DNA from: Parcubacteria group bacterium GW2011_GWE2_39_37
Lineage (GTDB): Bacteria; Patescibacteriota; Patescibacteriia; Patescibacteriales; GWE2-39-37
Assembly (NCBI GenBank): GCA_000995135.1
Contig: LBWY01000001.1
Coordinates: forward strand, 501 to 64,500
Direction: 5' to 3'
Length of the DNA stretch: 64,000 bases
The translations under genes were made by a program, and so were the position numbers. Positions 8,697 to 17,455 of this stretch are shown piece by piece (positions within the stretch are counted from its first letter, which is position 1; each line of letters opens with the position of its first letter). The notes below the pieces were generated by a model that was not told where the DNA came from, made no database searches, and saw nothing but the letters and a program-made list of their open reading frames with translations.

Positions 8697-9527
8697 ATGA
8701 AATCTTATATATCGCTTTTCACATTCTTGGTCATTTTGAATATTTGCACTTTCGGAAACTATGATAACGCGATAGCTAAAGCTACAACAAACAGCGAAGA
8801 ATGTTACGTAATAGTTCGCAATGATACCCTCAAAAAAATAGCCAAAGCGAAAAACATAAGCCTGAAGACTTTATATGAATTGAACAGAAAGACAATCGGC
8901 AACAATCCTGATCTGATTTTTCCAGGTCAAGTATTGGTAATCCCTCAAGCAGCAAAACCCCCGGAACCAGTCAAAAAAATAGAACCTACAACAAAAATCG
9001 TGACTTCCCCGGTTGTAGAGACGCAAACCGCCAGGTCATACTTTCTTCCAGATAGAGAAAACTCTTTCATATATAAATACCGGAATGGTCGATTTTCCGA
9101 TTCTGAGTTGCAAAAAATATTCCTGCTTACTGCATTCTCTATTTTCATTGCTTTATTCCTGTTATTTTACAAGCTACTCTCAATCTTTCTTGGCAGATTG
9201 TTCAACATCAGAAAAGGAAGTGTTGAAAAAATATTCGTCGGCTGTTTTTTGAATGAAAGCGAGGTGTTATACTTTTTCTTCGATGGCAAGCGCCATGTTA
9301 TTGCAGATTTTGATTATTTGATTAACATACTCACCAGCCAGGCAAATAACCTAGAGGAGTTATTAACTTTTGACATAAAAGATGTTGATCAAAAGGCCAT
9401 AGAAATATTGCTAAACAAGGAAGTAAAACCCTTGAGCACAAAAAAGCAAAAACTGTTTATAAAATTAGTTAGGCGGCAGCTTGATGCCTTGACGCTTGTA
9501 ACAAAAAATCAATGCGCCGCAGTATGA
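8697..9527 (+). CDS. LysM domain membrane protein (paralogue 1)
   Basis: AAAGGAG SD precedes the ATG at 8697 (internal Met of ORF 8610). Order is signal peptide, LysM (YVIVRNDTLKKIAK...GQVLVIP), one TM, then a cytoplasmic tail. Confidence 0.75.
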   Translation: MKSYISLFTFLVILNICTFGNYDNAIAKATTNSEECYVIVRNDTLKKIAKAKNISLKTLYELNRKTIGNNPDLIFPGQVLVIPQAAKPPEPVKKIEPTTKIVTSPVVETQTARSYFLPDRENSFIYKYRNGRFSDSELQKIFLLTAFSIFIALFLLFYKLLSIFLGRLFNIRKGSVEKIFVGCFLNESEVLYFFFDGKRHVIADFDYLINILTSQANNLEELLTFDIKDVDQKAIEILLNKEVKPLSTKKQKLFIKLVRRQLDALTLVTKNQCAAV

Positions 9528-9579
9528 ATGCCAAATGAACTTGTTGCCTGGGGATAGCTCACTCTATTCCCTTTTTTAT

Positions 9580-10794
9580 TTAGAATTTTACCGTCAAAGT
9601 TTTTCTAAAACCGACACGATCGCGGGCAATGTCTTCGCTCTTGAACATCAAACCATTGGTTACGGTATATTCACCGAAACGATCATTTAACTTATCCATG
9701 GCAAGGCTTAGATTTTTATTTTTTATTCTTTCGCAAAATAAAGACTGCTGGCCGGAAAGGGGTAACAAATTGCCGACAGAAACTGCCAGCTTAGAAACTG
9801 GATTGGTAATTTCGGTCACTGACAAATAGTTTTCTAAGGGAGCAAAAATTTCGGCAGTAGTAAAAATCTTGTCCAGCGAACGGAAAGTCTTGCTCAAACC
9901 GCCGCCGCATACATAAGCGCAGCTAAACCAGACGTTTTGCGCTTCCAACTCCTGCGCACGCAAACGTCGGCCGGTTTTTTCACAAAGCTTATAAAGAATT
10001 TTTAATAAATAAACCTTGTCAGTTGTTTTTTGCGGTATGCAATAAGAATGGCCGATAGATTTTGGCAAAGGCGTTTCCAGGTTGATTTCTGAAATCTCTT
10101 CTCCATTCACATGCGCCCAAAGCTGATAGCCGTAAATTCCTAAATGCCTTTGCAGGATGGTGGGATTATATTTCTTTAGCTCTAATAAATTTCTTATACC
10201 CAGGCGACCAAGACGCAAGGACATGGCTTTGCCAACCCCCCAAGCCTCGGTTAAATCACGTTTCAAAAAATTATCTAAATTACTTTTATCAATGACCAGT
10301 ACGCCATTTTTAGGAGCGATATCGCCCGCGAACTTGGCCAAGAATTTAGTCCAGCTGATGCCAACTGAACATTTCAGCCATTCACCCACCTCAGCCTTGA
10401 TTCTTTGCTTAATAATTTCCGCTATTTTTTCTGCTTCGGTAAAATTTTTTACAAAACCGGTCAAATCCATAAATGCCTCGTCGATACTATAGGGTTCCAT
10501 GCGATCGGTATATTCAGATAAAATCTTAAAAATTTTTTCTGTAACACAGCGATATTTGGCTGGTTCATTTTCCACCAATACCACCTTTGGCTCAAGCAGC
10601 AAAGCTTCACCGACTTTGGTGCCGGTTTTGATACCCTTGGCTTTTGCCTCGATAGAAGAGGCGATAATAGTGCCATTAGGGGATAAATAAGCACAAACTC
10701 CTACTGGTTTGCCTCGCAGAAAGGGATTGGCTTGCTGCTCAACTGAGGCAAAGTAGGAGTTCATGTCCAAGTGCATGATAACGCGTTGTGTCAT
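9580..10794 (-). CDS. dinB: Y-family DNA polymerase IV
   Basis: HLDMNSYFASVEQ, SIDEAFLD-like (SIDEAFMDLT) motifs and about 400 aa. Confidence 0.9.
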   Translation of the reverse strand: MTQRVIMHLDMNSYFASVEQQANPFLRGKPVGVCAYLSPNGTIIASSIEAKAKGIKTGTKVGEALLLEPKVVLVENEPAKYRCVTEKIFKILSEYTDRMEPYSIDEAFMDLTGFVKNFTEAEKIAEIIKQRIKAEVGEWLKCSVGISWTKFLAKFAGDIAPKNGVLVIDKSNLDNFLKRDLTEAWGVGKAMSLRLGRLGIRNLLELKKYNPTILQRHLGIYGYQLWAHVNGEEISEINLETPLPKSIGHSYCIPQKTTDKVYLLKILYKLCEKTGRRLRAQELEAQNVWFSCAYVCGGGLSKTFRSLDKIFTTAEIFAPLENYLSVTEITNPVSKLAVSVGNLLPLSGQQSLFCERIKNKNLSLAMDKLNDRFGEYTVTNGLMFKSEDIARDRVGFRKTLTVKF

Positions 10795-10797
10795 AAA

Positions 10798-11046
10798 TTA
10801 GCCTTCAGAATATAATTCTTCCATCTTCCAAGACAGGTCATTGGTCGAGAAAGCTAAACGGAAAAAATTTAAATTATCAGAAACACTGAAATAATAGATC
10901 TTGTTTTCCCCGTCGCGCAGATGATGGACAAGATTGACCTTTTCCACCCTGTAAGTACGGTTGCGCCATTTGAAGAAAGAGGGAAAAATAGTCGTCTTGT
11001 GAAATTTAACCAATACTTCGATCGGTTCATTGATTTTTTGTGTCAT
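10798..11046 (-). CDS. small protein co-transcribed with dinB; resembles the DUF6504-type partners of Y-family polymerases
   Basis: 82 aa, 3 nt upstream of dinB. The FKWRNRTYRVEKV motif is like the F.WRGR.Y.V signature I recall for that family. Confidence 0.5.
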   Translation of the reverse strand: MTQKINEPIEVLVKFHKTTIFPSFFKWRNRTYRVEKVNLVHHLRDGENKIYYFSVSDNLNFFRLAFSTNDLSWKMEELYSEG

Positions 11047-11075
11047 ATATTTGAATTAAGAATAAGCGTATCCCT

Positions 11076-11104
11076 ATTTTAGCAGTCGCAAAAAATACTG
11101 TCAA
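11076..11104 (-). promoter_or_regulatory. sigma70-type promoter of the small-ORF-dinB operon, with an overlapping inverted repeat
   Basis: Minus strand TTGACA-17 nt-TAAAAT. AGTCGC (11084-89) and GCGACT (11105-10) bracket the -35 and spacer. Confidence 0.55.
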
Positions 11105-11257
11105 GCGACTTGAACATACTTGACTAAGTATTGACACTTTGCTAAACTATAATTAATTATTCCCGCTCGCCGGTAGATCGTTAAATCTTTAGCAATTTAC
11201 TGGCGAACAGGGAATGCCAAATTTTACATTTTGATTTTTTAATTTTAATTTTTTATC

Positions 11258-11911
11258 ATGCATCTACTTCAACAAAAATTACTTCAGCTTGCCGAAAAAA
11301 TGGATATCAGTAAAATCGGTCTGAGAAAATTAGGCTCCATGATCGGTGAGGCCCATCCGCAAAAAGTTAAGCACCATTTGGAACAGCTGATTAAAACTGG
11401 CTATCTTTTGCAAGACAAAAAATCCTTGGTCATAAAAACAGCCAAAGAGAACACTAAGAAAAATTCCAGTTTTTTCAGCCTGCCGATAGTAGGTTCAGCC
11501 AATTGCGGACCGGCCACTATTTATGCAGATGAAAATGTCCAAGGCTATCTCAAGGTTTCTCCCAAAATGATTAACCGCAAAAATGCCGACGGCTTGTTTG
11601 TCATAAAAGCTATCGGTGATTCGATGAATCAAGCCAAACAAATCACAGGAGGACCGATCACCAGCGGTGACTATGTAATCATCGACAGCAAAAAAAGACA
11701 ACCGCAGAATGGAGACTACGTCTTATCAATCATTGAAGAATCCGCCAATATAAAAAGATTCTATTTTGACCGAATCAATAAGCAGGTGATGCTGCTATCT
11801 GAATCCAGCCTTGATATTCCTCCCATCTACATCCATGCCAATGATTTTTCTAATTATTTAATAAATGGACTGGTGGAGAAAGTGATCAAGCAGCCAAGTT
11901 TTTCAAAATAA
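11258..11911 (+). CDS. lexA: LexA repressor (S24 peptidase)
   Basis: N-terminal wHTH. AIGDSM serine motif and IKRF lysine motif. Divergent from dinB. Confidence 0.85.
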   Translation: MHLLQQKLLQLAEKMDISKIGLRKLGSMIGEAHPQKVKHHLEQLIKTGYLLQDKKSLVIKTAKENTKKNSSFFSLPIVGSANCGPATIYADENVQGYLKVSPKMINRKNADGLFVIKAIGDSMNQAKQITGGPITSGDYVIIDSKKRQPQNGDYVLSIIEESANIKRFYFDRINKQVMLLSESSLDIPPIYIHANDFSNYLINGLVEKVIKQPSFSK

Positions 11912-11912
11912 A

Positions 11913-12221
11913 ATGTACAAAAAAATATTACTGATTGTCATGATCATATTAACGATATTCATCCTCTATTTGATCTTGCCCAAAGCAAAAGAATCTATCA
12001 TCAAAGCAGAAATACAGAAAGCGAACTATTGTCAGATAGACGCTGATTGTATCGATGCAGGAGGAAAGTGCCCTTTTGGATGTTATAATTATGTAAATAA
12101 AGATCGGGTCTTGGAAATTTCAAAAAAGATCGAAACGTACACTTCAAAATGCGTATATGGCTGCATCTCCTGTCCTACAGCAAAATGTAGCAACAATAAA
12201 TGCGTCGCCTCCTGCAATTAA
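11913..12221 (+). CDS. membrane-anchored Cys-rich small protein
   Basis: Starts 1 nt after the lexA stop. One N-terminal TM, then 10 Cys in about 70 aa. Confidence 0.6.
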   Translation: MYKKILLIVMIILTIFILYLILPKAKESIIKAEIQKANYCQIDADCIDAGGKCPFGCYNYVNKDRVLEISKKIETYTSKCVYGCISCPTAKCSNNKCVASCN

Positions 12222-12318
12222 TTACTCGCATGAATACTTAAATACGACTTCTAAATCAGTGTCATCAAAAAAAAGTTCCTCGATTATGAAGAGCTTTTTT
12301 TATTTAGAATATTTTTTG

Positions 12319-13119
12319 TTATTTTCTTTTTATCAAGAATACAAAAGTGAAGATGGCTAGCATGATCAGCACGATTGTTCCGCCAGTGGAAAGATTCATA
12401 TAGAAAGACAAGATAATTCCGGCCACCACGGAAAAAAGAGAAACCAGTTCTGCATAAACAATGGTAGAGATAAAACTTTTTCGTAGCTGGATAGCAGTTA
12501 CTACCGGAATAACAATCAATGCCCCGATCAAAAGCACTCCCACGATCGGGATAGCCAATGAAACTGTCGTGGCAGACAAGATTATCAAGATATTATTAAC
12601 CAGACGAGCCGGTACTCCGCTTACTCGAGCAGCATCCTCATCAAAGGCAATATAGACTAGTTCTTTATAAAACATTGCCAGAAAAATGATTACGATGATG
12701 GCCAAAGAGAAAATAATAAATATATCATTGTTCGTAACCGTTACGATATTGCCGAATAAATAATTGAAAATATTAGAATTTAGGTTATGGGCGAAACTAA
12801 GAATTACGACGGCCAAAGCCAAGCTTCCGAATAAGAAAAGCGCGAGAGCCGTATCACCAGATATTTTTTTAGAATTTCTTAGGCGCTCAATTCCAAGAGA
12901 GGCTATAACCGATGTGCCCAAAGCTGTTAAAACAGGATTTATACCCAAAAGCATGCCTAGGGCAATCCCCGCCAAAGAAACATGAGCCAAGGTGTCTGCT
13001 ACCAAGGAATAACGCTTCAAAACCAGGAAGATTCCTATCAGCGGAGCTACCAAGGCAACAATAACGCCGGCCTCCAAGCCGCGAAGAATGAAACCATATT
13101 GAAAAATTTCGGTAAGCAT
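12319..13119 (-). CDS. znuB: metal ABC transporter permease (ZnuB/TroC type)
   Basis: Multi-TM ABC-3 family pattern (DTLAHVSLAGIALG). Abuts the ATPase gene. Confidence 0.8.
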   Translation of the reverse strand: MLTEIFQYGFILRGLEAGVIVALVAPLIGIFLVLKRYSLVADTLAHVSLAGIALGMLLGINPVLTALGTSVIASLGIERLRNSKKISGDTALALFLFGSLALAVVILSFAHNLNSNIFNYLFGNIVTVTNNDIFIIFSLAIIVIIFLAMFYKELVYIAFDEDAARVSGVPARLVNNILIILSATTVSLAIPIVGVLLIGALIVIPVVTAIQLRKSFISTIVYAELVSLFSVVAGIILSFYMNLSTGGTIVLIMLAIFTFVFLIKRK

Positions 13120-13890
13120 TTAATTATGATGATGATGAGTAATAATTTTAACTTTTTGTCCCATTATTTCAGCGTATCCGCTTTCTTTTAAATATTCTGT
13201 CGGGGAGGTGTGACAAGTTAAAGTAGTATCGACACAGGCGATATGCATCACCTCCTCGGTTATCCTTTCAATATCATGAGAGATCAGAACCAAAGTTAAG
13301 CCCAACTCTTTATTCAAATTTTGCAAAATCTTATAAAAATTATCCTGGCTAGTCTTGTCAATTCCTGAAGTCGGCTCATCCAAAAATATTATTTCCGGCT
13401 CATTAACTAGCGCCCTGGCAATAAAAATACGCTGTTGCTGCCCGCCGGAAAGATCACTGATCATCCTGTCCGCATACTCAATCATATTCACCTGCCTCAA
13501 TGCTTTTTCAGCCGCCAACTCATCTTCTTTTGATGCCTTCTGAAAAATTTTTCCTGGTACATATCTAGCCATCAATACCACATCCCTAACTGTAGCTGGA
13601 AAATTTGAATCAAAATTTGTCGATTTTTGCGGCACATAACCGATCTTGTGCCAATCTTTGAAATAAGCCAAGTCTTGACCGAATAAGCTCACTGATCCTT
13701 CTCGTGGTTTAAGCAAGCCTAGCATCACTTTGAACAAGGTGGTCTTCCCGGCACCATTCGGACCGATTATCCCTACATAGTCGCCTTTGTGAATATCTAA
13801 GGTAATGTTTTTCAAAACATCAACTTTTTCATAAGCAAAAGAAACATTTTTCACTTCGATAATATTTTTTGTATGATCTACTTTTTGCAT
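13120..13890 (-). CDS. znuC: metal ABC transporter ATP-binding protein with a C-terminal His tail
   Basis: Walker A GPNGAGKTT, LSGGQQQR, Walker B FLDEP. Ends ...ITHHHHN. Confidence 0.85.
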   Translation of the reverse strand: MQKVDHTKNIIEVKNVSFAYEKVDVLKNITLDIHKGDYVGIIGPNGAGKTTLFKVMLGLLKPREGSVSLFGQDLAYFKDWHKIGYVPQKSTNFDSNFPATVRDVVLMARYVPGKIFQKASKEDELAAEKALRQVNMIEYADRMISDLSGGQQQRIFIARALVNEPEIIFLDEPTSGIDKTSQDNFYKILQNLNKELGLTLVLISHDIERITEEVMHIACVDTTLTCHTSPTEYLKESGYAEIMGQKVKIITHHHHN

Positions 13891-14768
13891 TGTAATGCTA
13901 TTTTTAAATTTTCTAAATTTCCTCTCATTTCCGTCAGATAATTTTTCCCGGCAGCGGACTCAGCCTCAGTCAATCCTTCCAGCGGATTCAAGACCAGGGT
14001 TTTTGCTCCAGTCTCTTTGGCCACCATTTCAGAAAATCTTGGATCAGCCAAACTTTCCAAAAAAATATATCCGATATTATTTTTCTTGACTGTTTCAGTA
14101 ATTTCCATCAACTGTCTCGTTGAAGGCTCGCTTTCAGGAGAAATACCGAAAATAGATATTTGATTCAGACCATATGTCTCCGATAAATGACCGAAAGCCT
14201 GATGCGCTGTCACAATAGTTTTATTTGAACAGACATTCAATCCCTTCTGGTAATCATTGTGTAGCTCTACCAAAGCAGCTTTAAATTTATCAGAGTTTGC
14301 TTGATAATACTGAGAGTTCTTTGGATCCGCCTGCTTAAAGCTCATGAGGATATTATCAACCATCTGCTGCGCTAGCAAAGGACTCAGCCAATAATGCGGG
14401 TCATTTACATTCTCTTTCTTGATTGCCAATTTTTCTCCCACTACAACCAAGTTTATTCCGGGGAAGTTCTTTATCACATCATCAGACCAGCTTTCCATTC
14501 CTCCGCCGTTCATTACAAGCAGATCTGCATTTTCAAGACTTGCCATGTCTCGAGTTGTCAGTTCATACTCATGCGGCTCGACGCCCGCTGGCGTCAAATT
14601 GATCACTTCAGCCCGGGCTCCACCAACATATTGGGAAAAGTAATAAAGAGGATAAAAGCTTGCCACTACCTGGAGCTGGTCCTTTTTTTTCGGCATGGCA
14701 GGGCTAAAAATGAGAAGCACAAAACCGATCAACAACGCCCCGAAAAGTAAAATAATTTTTATATTCAT
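13878..14768 (-). CDS. znuA: metal ABC transporter substrate-binding protein (ZnuA/TroA family)
   Basis: Internal Met MNIKIILLF gives a signal peptide. DPHYWLSP motif. The longer ORF start (14810) would overlap zur. Confidence 0.8.
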   Translation of the reverse strand: MNIKIILLFGALLIGFVLLIFSPAMPKKKDQLQVVASFYPLYYFSQYVGGARAEVINLTPAGVEPHEYELTTRDMASLENADLLVMNGGGMESWSDDVIKNFPGINLVVVGEKLAIKKENVNDPHYWLSPLLAQQMVDNILMSFKQADPKNSQYYQANSDKFKAALVELHNDYQKGLNVCSNKTIVTAHQAFGHLSETYGLNQISIFGISPESEPSTRQLMEITETVKKNNIGYIFLESLADPRFSEMVAKETGAKTLVLNPLEGLTEAESAAGKNYLTEMRGNLENLKIALQCKK

Positions 14769-14772
14769 AAAA

Positions 14773-15153
14773 TTAAGCAGCGCTTTTAAGACATTTGCCA
14801 CACAAGCCATAAAATTCCAAAGAATGAGAGATTACTTTGAATTTTTCTTTTTTATAGATATTCTTCTCTTGGTCTTCCAGGTGTTTATTCAAAACGATAC
14901 CTTTGATTTTTTTACAACGGGTGCAGATCAGATGATGGCGATGAAGTGCAGAAAGCTCATAAAAACTGCGGTGATCAGGAAGCTTGCTACGAATGATTAT
15001 GTTTTGCTCCAATAAGAAACGCAACTCCCGATAAACGGTGGTGCGATTAACCACGATATTTTTAGCAGCCAGCTTTGCTAGAATTTCGGCAGAGGCGATA
15101 GGGGTCTTTTCTTTGTAAAATAATTCCACCAAAGCATTGCGAGCCTTGGTCAT
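14773..15153 (-). CDS. zur: Fur family repressor, probably Zur
   Basis: GGAGG lies 7 nt upstream of the ATG at 15153 (MTKARNALVELF...). HHHLICTRC and CGKC metal sites. Heads the znu operon. Confidence 0.75.
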   Translation of the reverse strand: MTKARNALVELFYKEKTPIASAEILAKLAAKNIVVNRTTVYRELRFLLEQNIIIRSKLPDHRSFYELSALHRHHLICTRCKKIKGIVLNKHLEDQEKNIYKKEKFKVISHSLEFYGLCGKCLKSAA

Positions 15154-15209
15154 CCTATTGCCTCCGCGCCTGATTTCATTTAAGATTCCGTTGATGTTCT
15201 TCATATTAT

Positions 15210-15224
15210 TGCAACATTGTTGCA
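15210..15224. promoter_or_regulatory. candidate Zur/Fur operator palindrome
   Basis: TGCAAC-ATT-GTTGCA perfect inverted repeat just downstream of a minus-strand TTGCAA-17-TAAGTT promoter. A further GTTGCAA half-site lies at about 15246. Confidence 0.45.
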
Positions 15225-15452
15225 TTAACTTACCATAAAAAAATATTTGTTGCAATGGCAAAGAAAAATAACATTAATCTATTTTTAACAAAAATATTAT
15301 AAATTATAGAAGCTAAGTCAATTAATGATCTTTTAACAATCTATAAAAAAGACCTTCGTTAAAAATTAGGCCGATTTAGAAATCATATTGCCTACGCACT
15401 TTCAAAGTGAGACTTAGCAGACTAATCATAATATCTTTTCGAGGAGGAAGCC

Positions 15453-16274
15453 ATGAACAGGCTTTATACGATTTTCTTTTTTATAATAATTACGATTCTT
15501 TCTGCATCAATCGCAACAGCGGCGGATGAATATTACACAGTGAAAAGGAATGATTGTTTATGGAAAATCGCTTTGAAAAACAAGGTCGACATAAAGGTTC
15601 TTTACAAGCTCAACAAAGAAGTTGTCGGCAACAATCCAAATCATATTATTCCAGGGCAGAAATTAATGATACCGATGGGCAAGCCTGCTTACAATAAACT
15701 TTCTCAGCGCAGCATCGAACCAGTCAAACCTGATAACCGATACGCGCCTGCTCTAGAGGAAAAAGTTGGTGAAGAGAAACAAGCGGACAGCTTTATGGGA
15801 TTTTTTATTTCTAAACTACAAAAAATAAAACATAAGATAATCTATAAACTGGATGGGATAAAAGTCACTCGATCATTGATCAAAGCAAATGCAGCTGTCT
15901 TCGTTATCCTGATTCTTTGGTTCATATTCACCAAGTTCAGGTTTCGAACTATTCCTGAGCCGGGCTACTACATTGATAACGAAATAGTTTTCATCGGCAC
16001 CTTTAAAAGAAACGATGTTGTTTCTTTATGTCTGCTCAATCAAGAGATATTCCTGACTGTTAGCTATCCCGATCTTGTCAGATGGATTGTGGAGCAGTTC
16101 GGAAGTCAATTTGAAGATAAAATCTCTTTTGTTTTGCCAGTAAATATCAAAGATCTTTATCTGCATTGGAAAATCAGCTCCAATATGATTTTTCCTTTGA
16201 ATAAACTTGACCAAAAAAAGCTAGTTGAGGAAATAAGGCAGAAGTCAGAAAAAAAGTTACGGTTGGCCATGTAA
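15453..16274 (+). CDS. LysM domain membrane protein (paralogue 2)
   Basis: GAGGAGG SD. Same architecture as 8697..9527 (YYTVKRNDCLWKIAL...GQKLMIP, one TM, cytoplasmic tail). Confidence 0.75.
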   Translation: MNRLYTIFFFIIITILSASIATAADEYYTVKRNDCLWKIALKNKVDIKVLYKLNKEVVGNNPNHIIPGQKLMIPMGKPAYNKLSQRSIEPVKPDNRYAPALEEKVGEEKQADSFMGFFISKLQKIKHKIIYKLDGIKVTRSLIKANAAVFVILILWFIFTKFRFRTIPEPGYYIDNEIVFIGTFKRNDVVSLCLLNQEIFLTVSYPDLVRWIVEQFGSQFEDKISFVLPVNIKDLYLHWKISSNMIFPLNKLDQKKLVEEIRQKSEKKLRLAM

Positions 16275-16278
16275 ATCA

Positions 16279-16980
16279 TTACATGGCTTTTTTATAAAAC
16301 AAATGTTCTTGCCAATTATTCTCATCCAATTCATCAATAGAGACTGCGCCCCCTAGACCAAAATGGCCGATTCTCGTTCTTCTTAACTCTTGCAGATGGG
16401 CGCCACAATTCAATTTTCTGCCGATATCAAAGGCGAGGGATCGGATGTAAGTGCCTGAAGAACAGGCAACCCTTAATTTTAAAATCGGCCATGAATAATC
16501 CAGAATTTCAAGTTCATAAATTTTTATATCAGCAGGTTGGCGTTCAACTTCAATGTTCTTTCTGGCAAGCTCGTATAATTTTTTGCCGTTTATTTTTTTT
16601 GCACTAAACATCGGCGGCAGCTGTTTTTGGCAGCCCAAAAAGTTTTTTAAAACCTCTTCGATCTCGCTCCGACTGACAATGCTATCATAGTTCCTGGTGA
16701 TTTTTCCTTCTCGATCATAAGTATCTGTTTCTGCGCCAAAAAAAATATCTGCGATATACTCCTTGTCTAATTTAACAAATTGATTTATTTCTCTGGTTGC
16801 TTCTCGGCCGATGGCCAACAACAATAGGCCAGATGCAAAAGGATCCAGTGTTCCTGCGTGGCCTATCTTCCTGATGCCTGTAATTCTTCTAAGACGCCCA
16901 ACAACCCAATGGGAAGTTGGACCAACTGGCTTATCAACCAGCATAAAGCCAAAGTTTTTCTTTTCTAAAAAATTTAACAT
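16279..16980 (-). CDS. truB: tRNA pseudouridine(55) synthase
   Basis: GHAGTLDPFASGLL catalytic motif and about 233 aa. Confidence 0.9.
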   Translation of the reverse strand: MLNFLEKKNFGFMLVDKPVGPTSHWVVGRLRRITGIRKIGHAGTLDPFASGLLLLAIGREATREINQFVKLDKEYIADIFFGAETDTYDREGKITRNYDSIVSRSEIEEVLKNFLGCQKQLPPMFSAKKINGKKLYELARKNIEVERQPADIKIYELEILDYSWPILKLRVACSSGTYIRSLAFDIGRKLNCGAHLQELRRTRIGHFGLGGAVSIDELDENNWQEHLFYKKAM

Positions 16981-17172
16981 ATAAACAAACTATACCCCTT
17001 TAAAATTCTAACTTCAACTTTTGGGTTTTTATAGGGTTAATATTGCCTAATATTAAGAATAAATTAAAATATTTAAATATTCTCCAAAGAAGTTATTAAT
17101 AATACATTAATTTTACTTTATTTATTTTGCCGCTACTTTAGCATTAAATAAGACTTTTAATGAAAACGACAA

Positions 17173-17201
17173 TTGACATGGTAGATTAACTAATGTATAT
17201 T
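17173..17201 (+). promoter_or_regulatory. near-consensus sigma70 promoter
   Basis: TTGACA-17 nt-TATATT. Confidence 0.6.
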
Positions 17202-17208
17202 GCCCGGC

Positions 17209-17404
17209 GTGAACATCCACAAATCAAGGTTTTGCTCATTGAATTGATACTTTACTAGCTTTAGCAAACGGCTGTTTGGAATACTGAAATACTATATATT
17301 AAAATGCTATTCCAGGTTCCAATCACTTCCGTTTAACCTCATAAGCAAAGTCTAAATATTGGAGGAGCGGATCGCATAAGGCGATCTTTGCTAATATTTT
17401 TTTG
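17209..17404 (+). promoter_or_regulatory. long structured leader or attenuator upstream of 17456
   Basis: Stems TGGAATA/TATTCCA, GCAAAG/CTTTGC and GATCGC/GCGATC are followed by a T8 run, about 50 nt before the start codon. The 5' end shares CCACAAATCA..AGGTTTTG with the 1841/2221 repeats. Confidence 0.35.
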
Positions 17405-17455
17405 TTGTGAAAAAACAAATTTTGATTTTTTAAGTCGGAGGTCCACGTTTTATTT

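Noticed and set aside
12157-12360. 67-aa plus-strand ORF overlapping the end of the Cys-rich gene and the znuB 3' end
   Set aside because: It is out of frame with one supported gene and overlaps another. It has no SD and low-complexity sequence.
15154-15261. Longer starts (15261 or 15204) for the Fur-family gene
   Set aside because: There is no SD at either position, and the extra residues would be translated from the promoter and operator palindrome. The ATG at 15153 has GGAGG 7 nt upstream and gives a normal Fur length.
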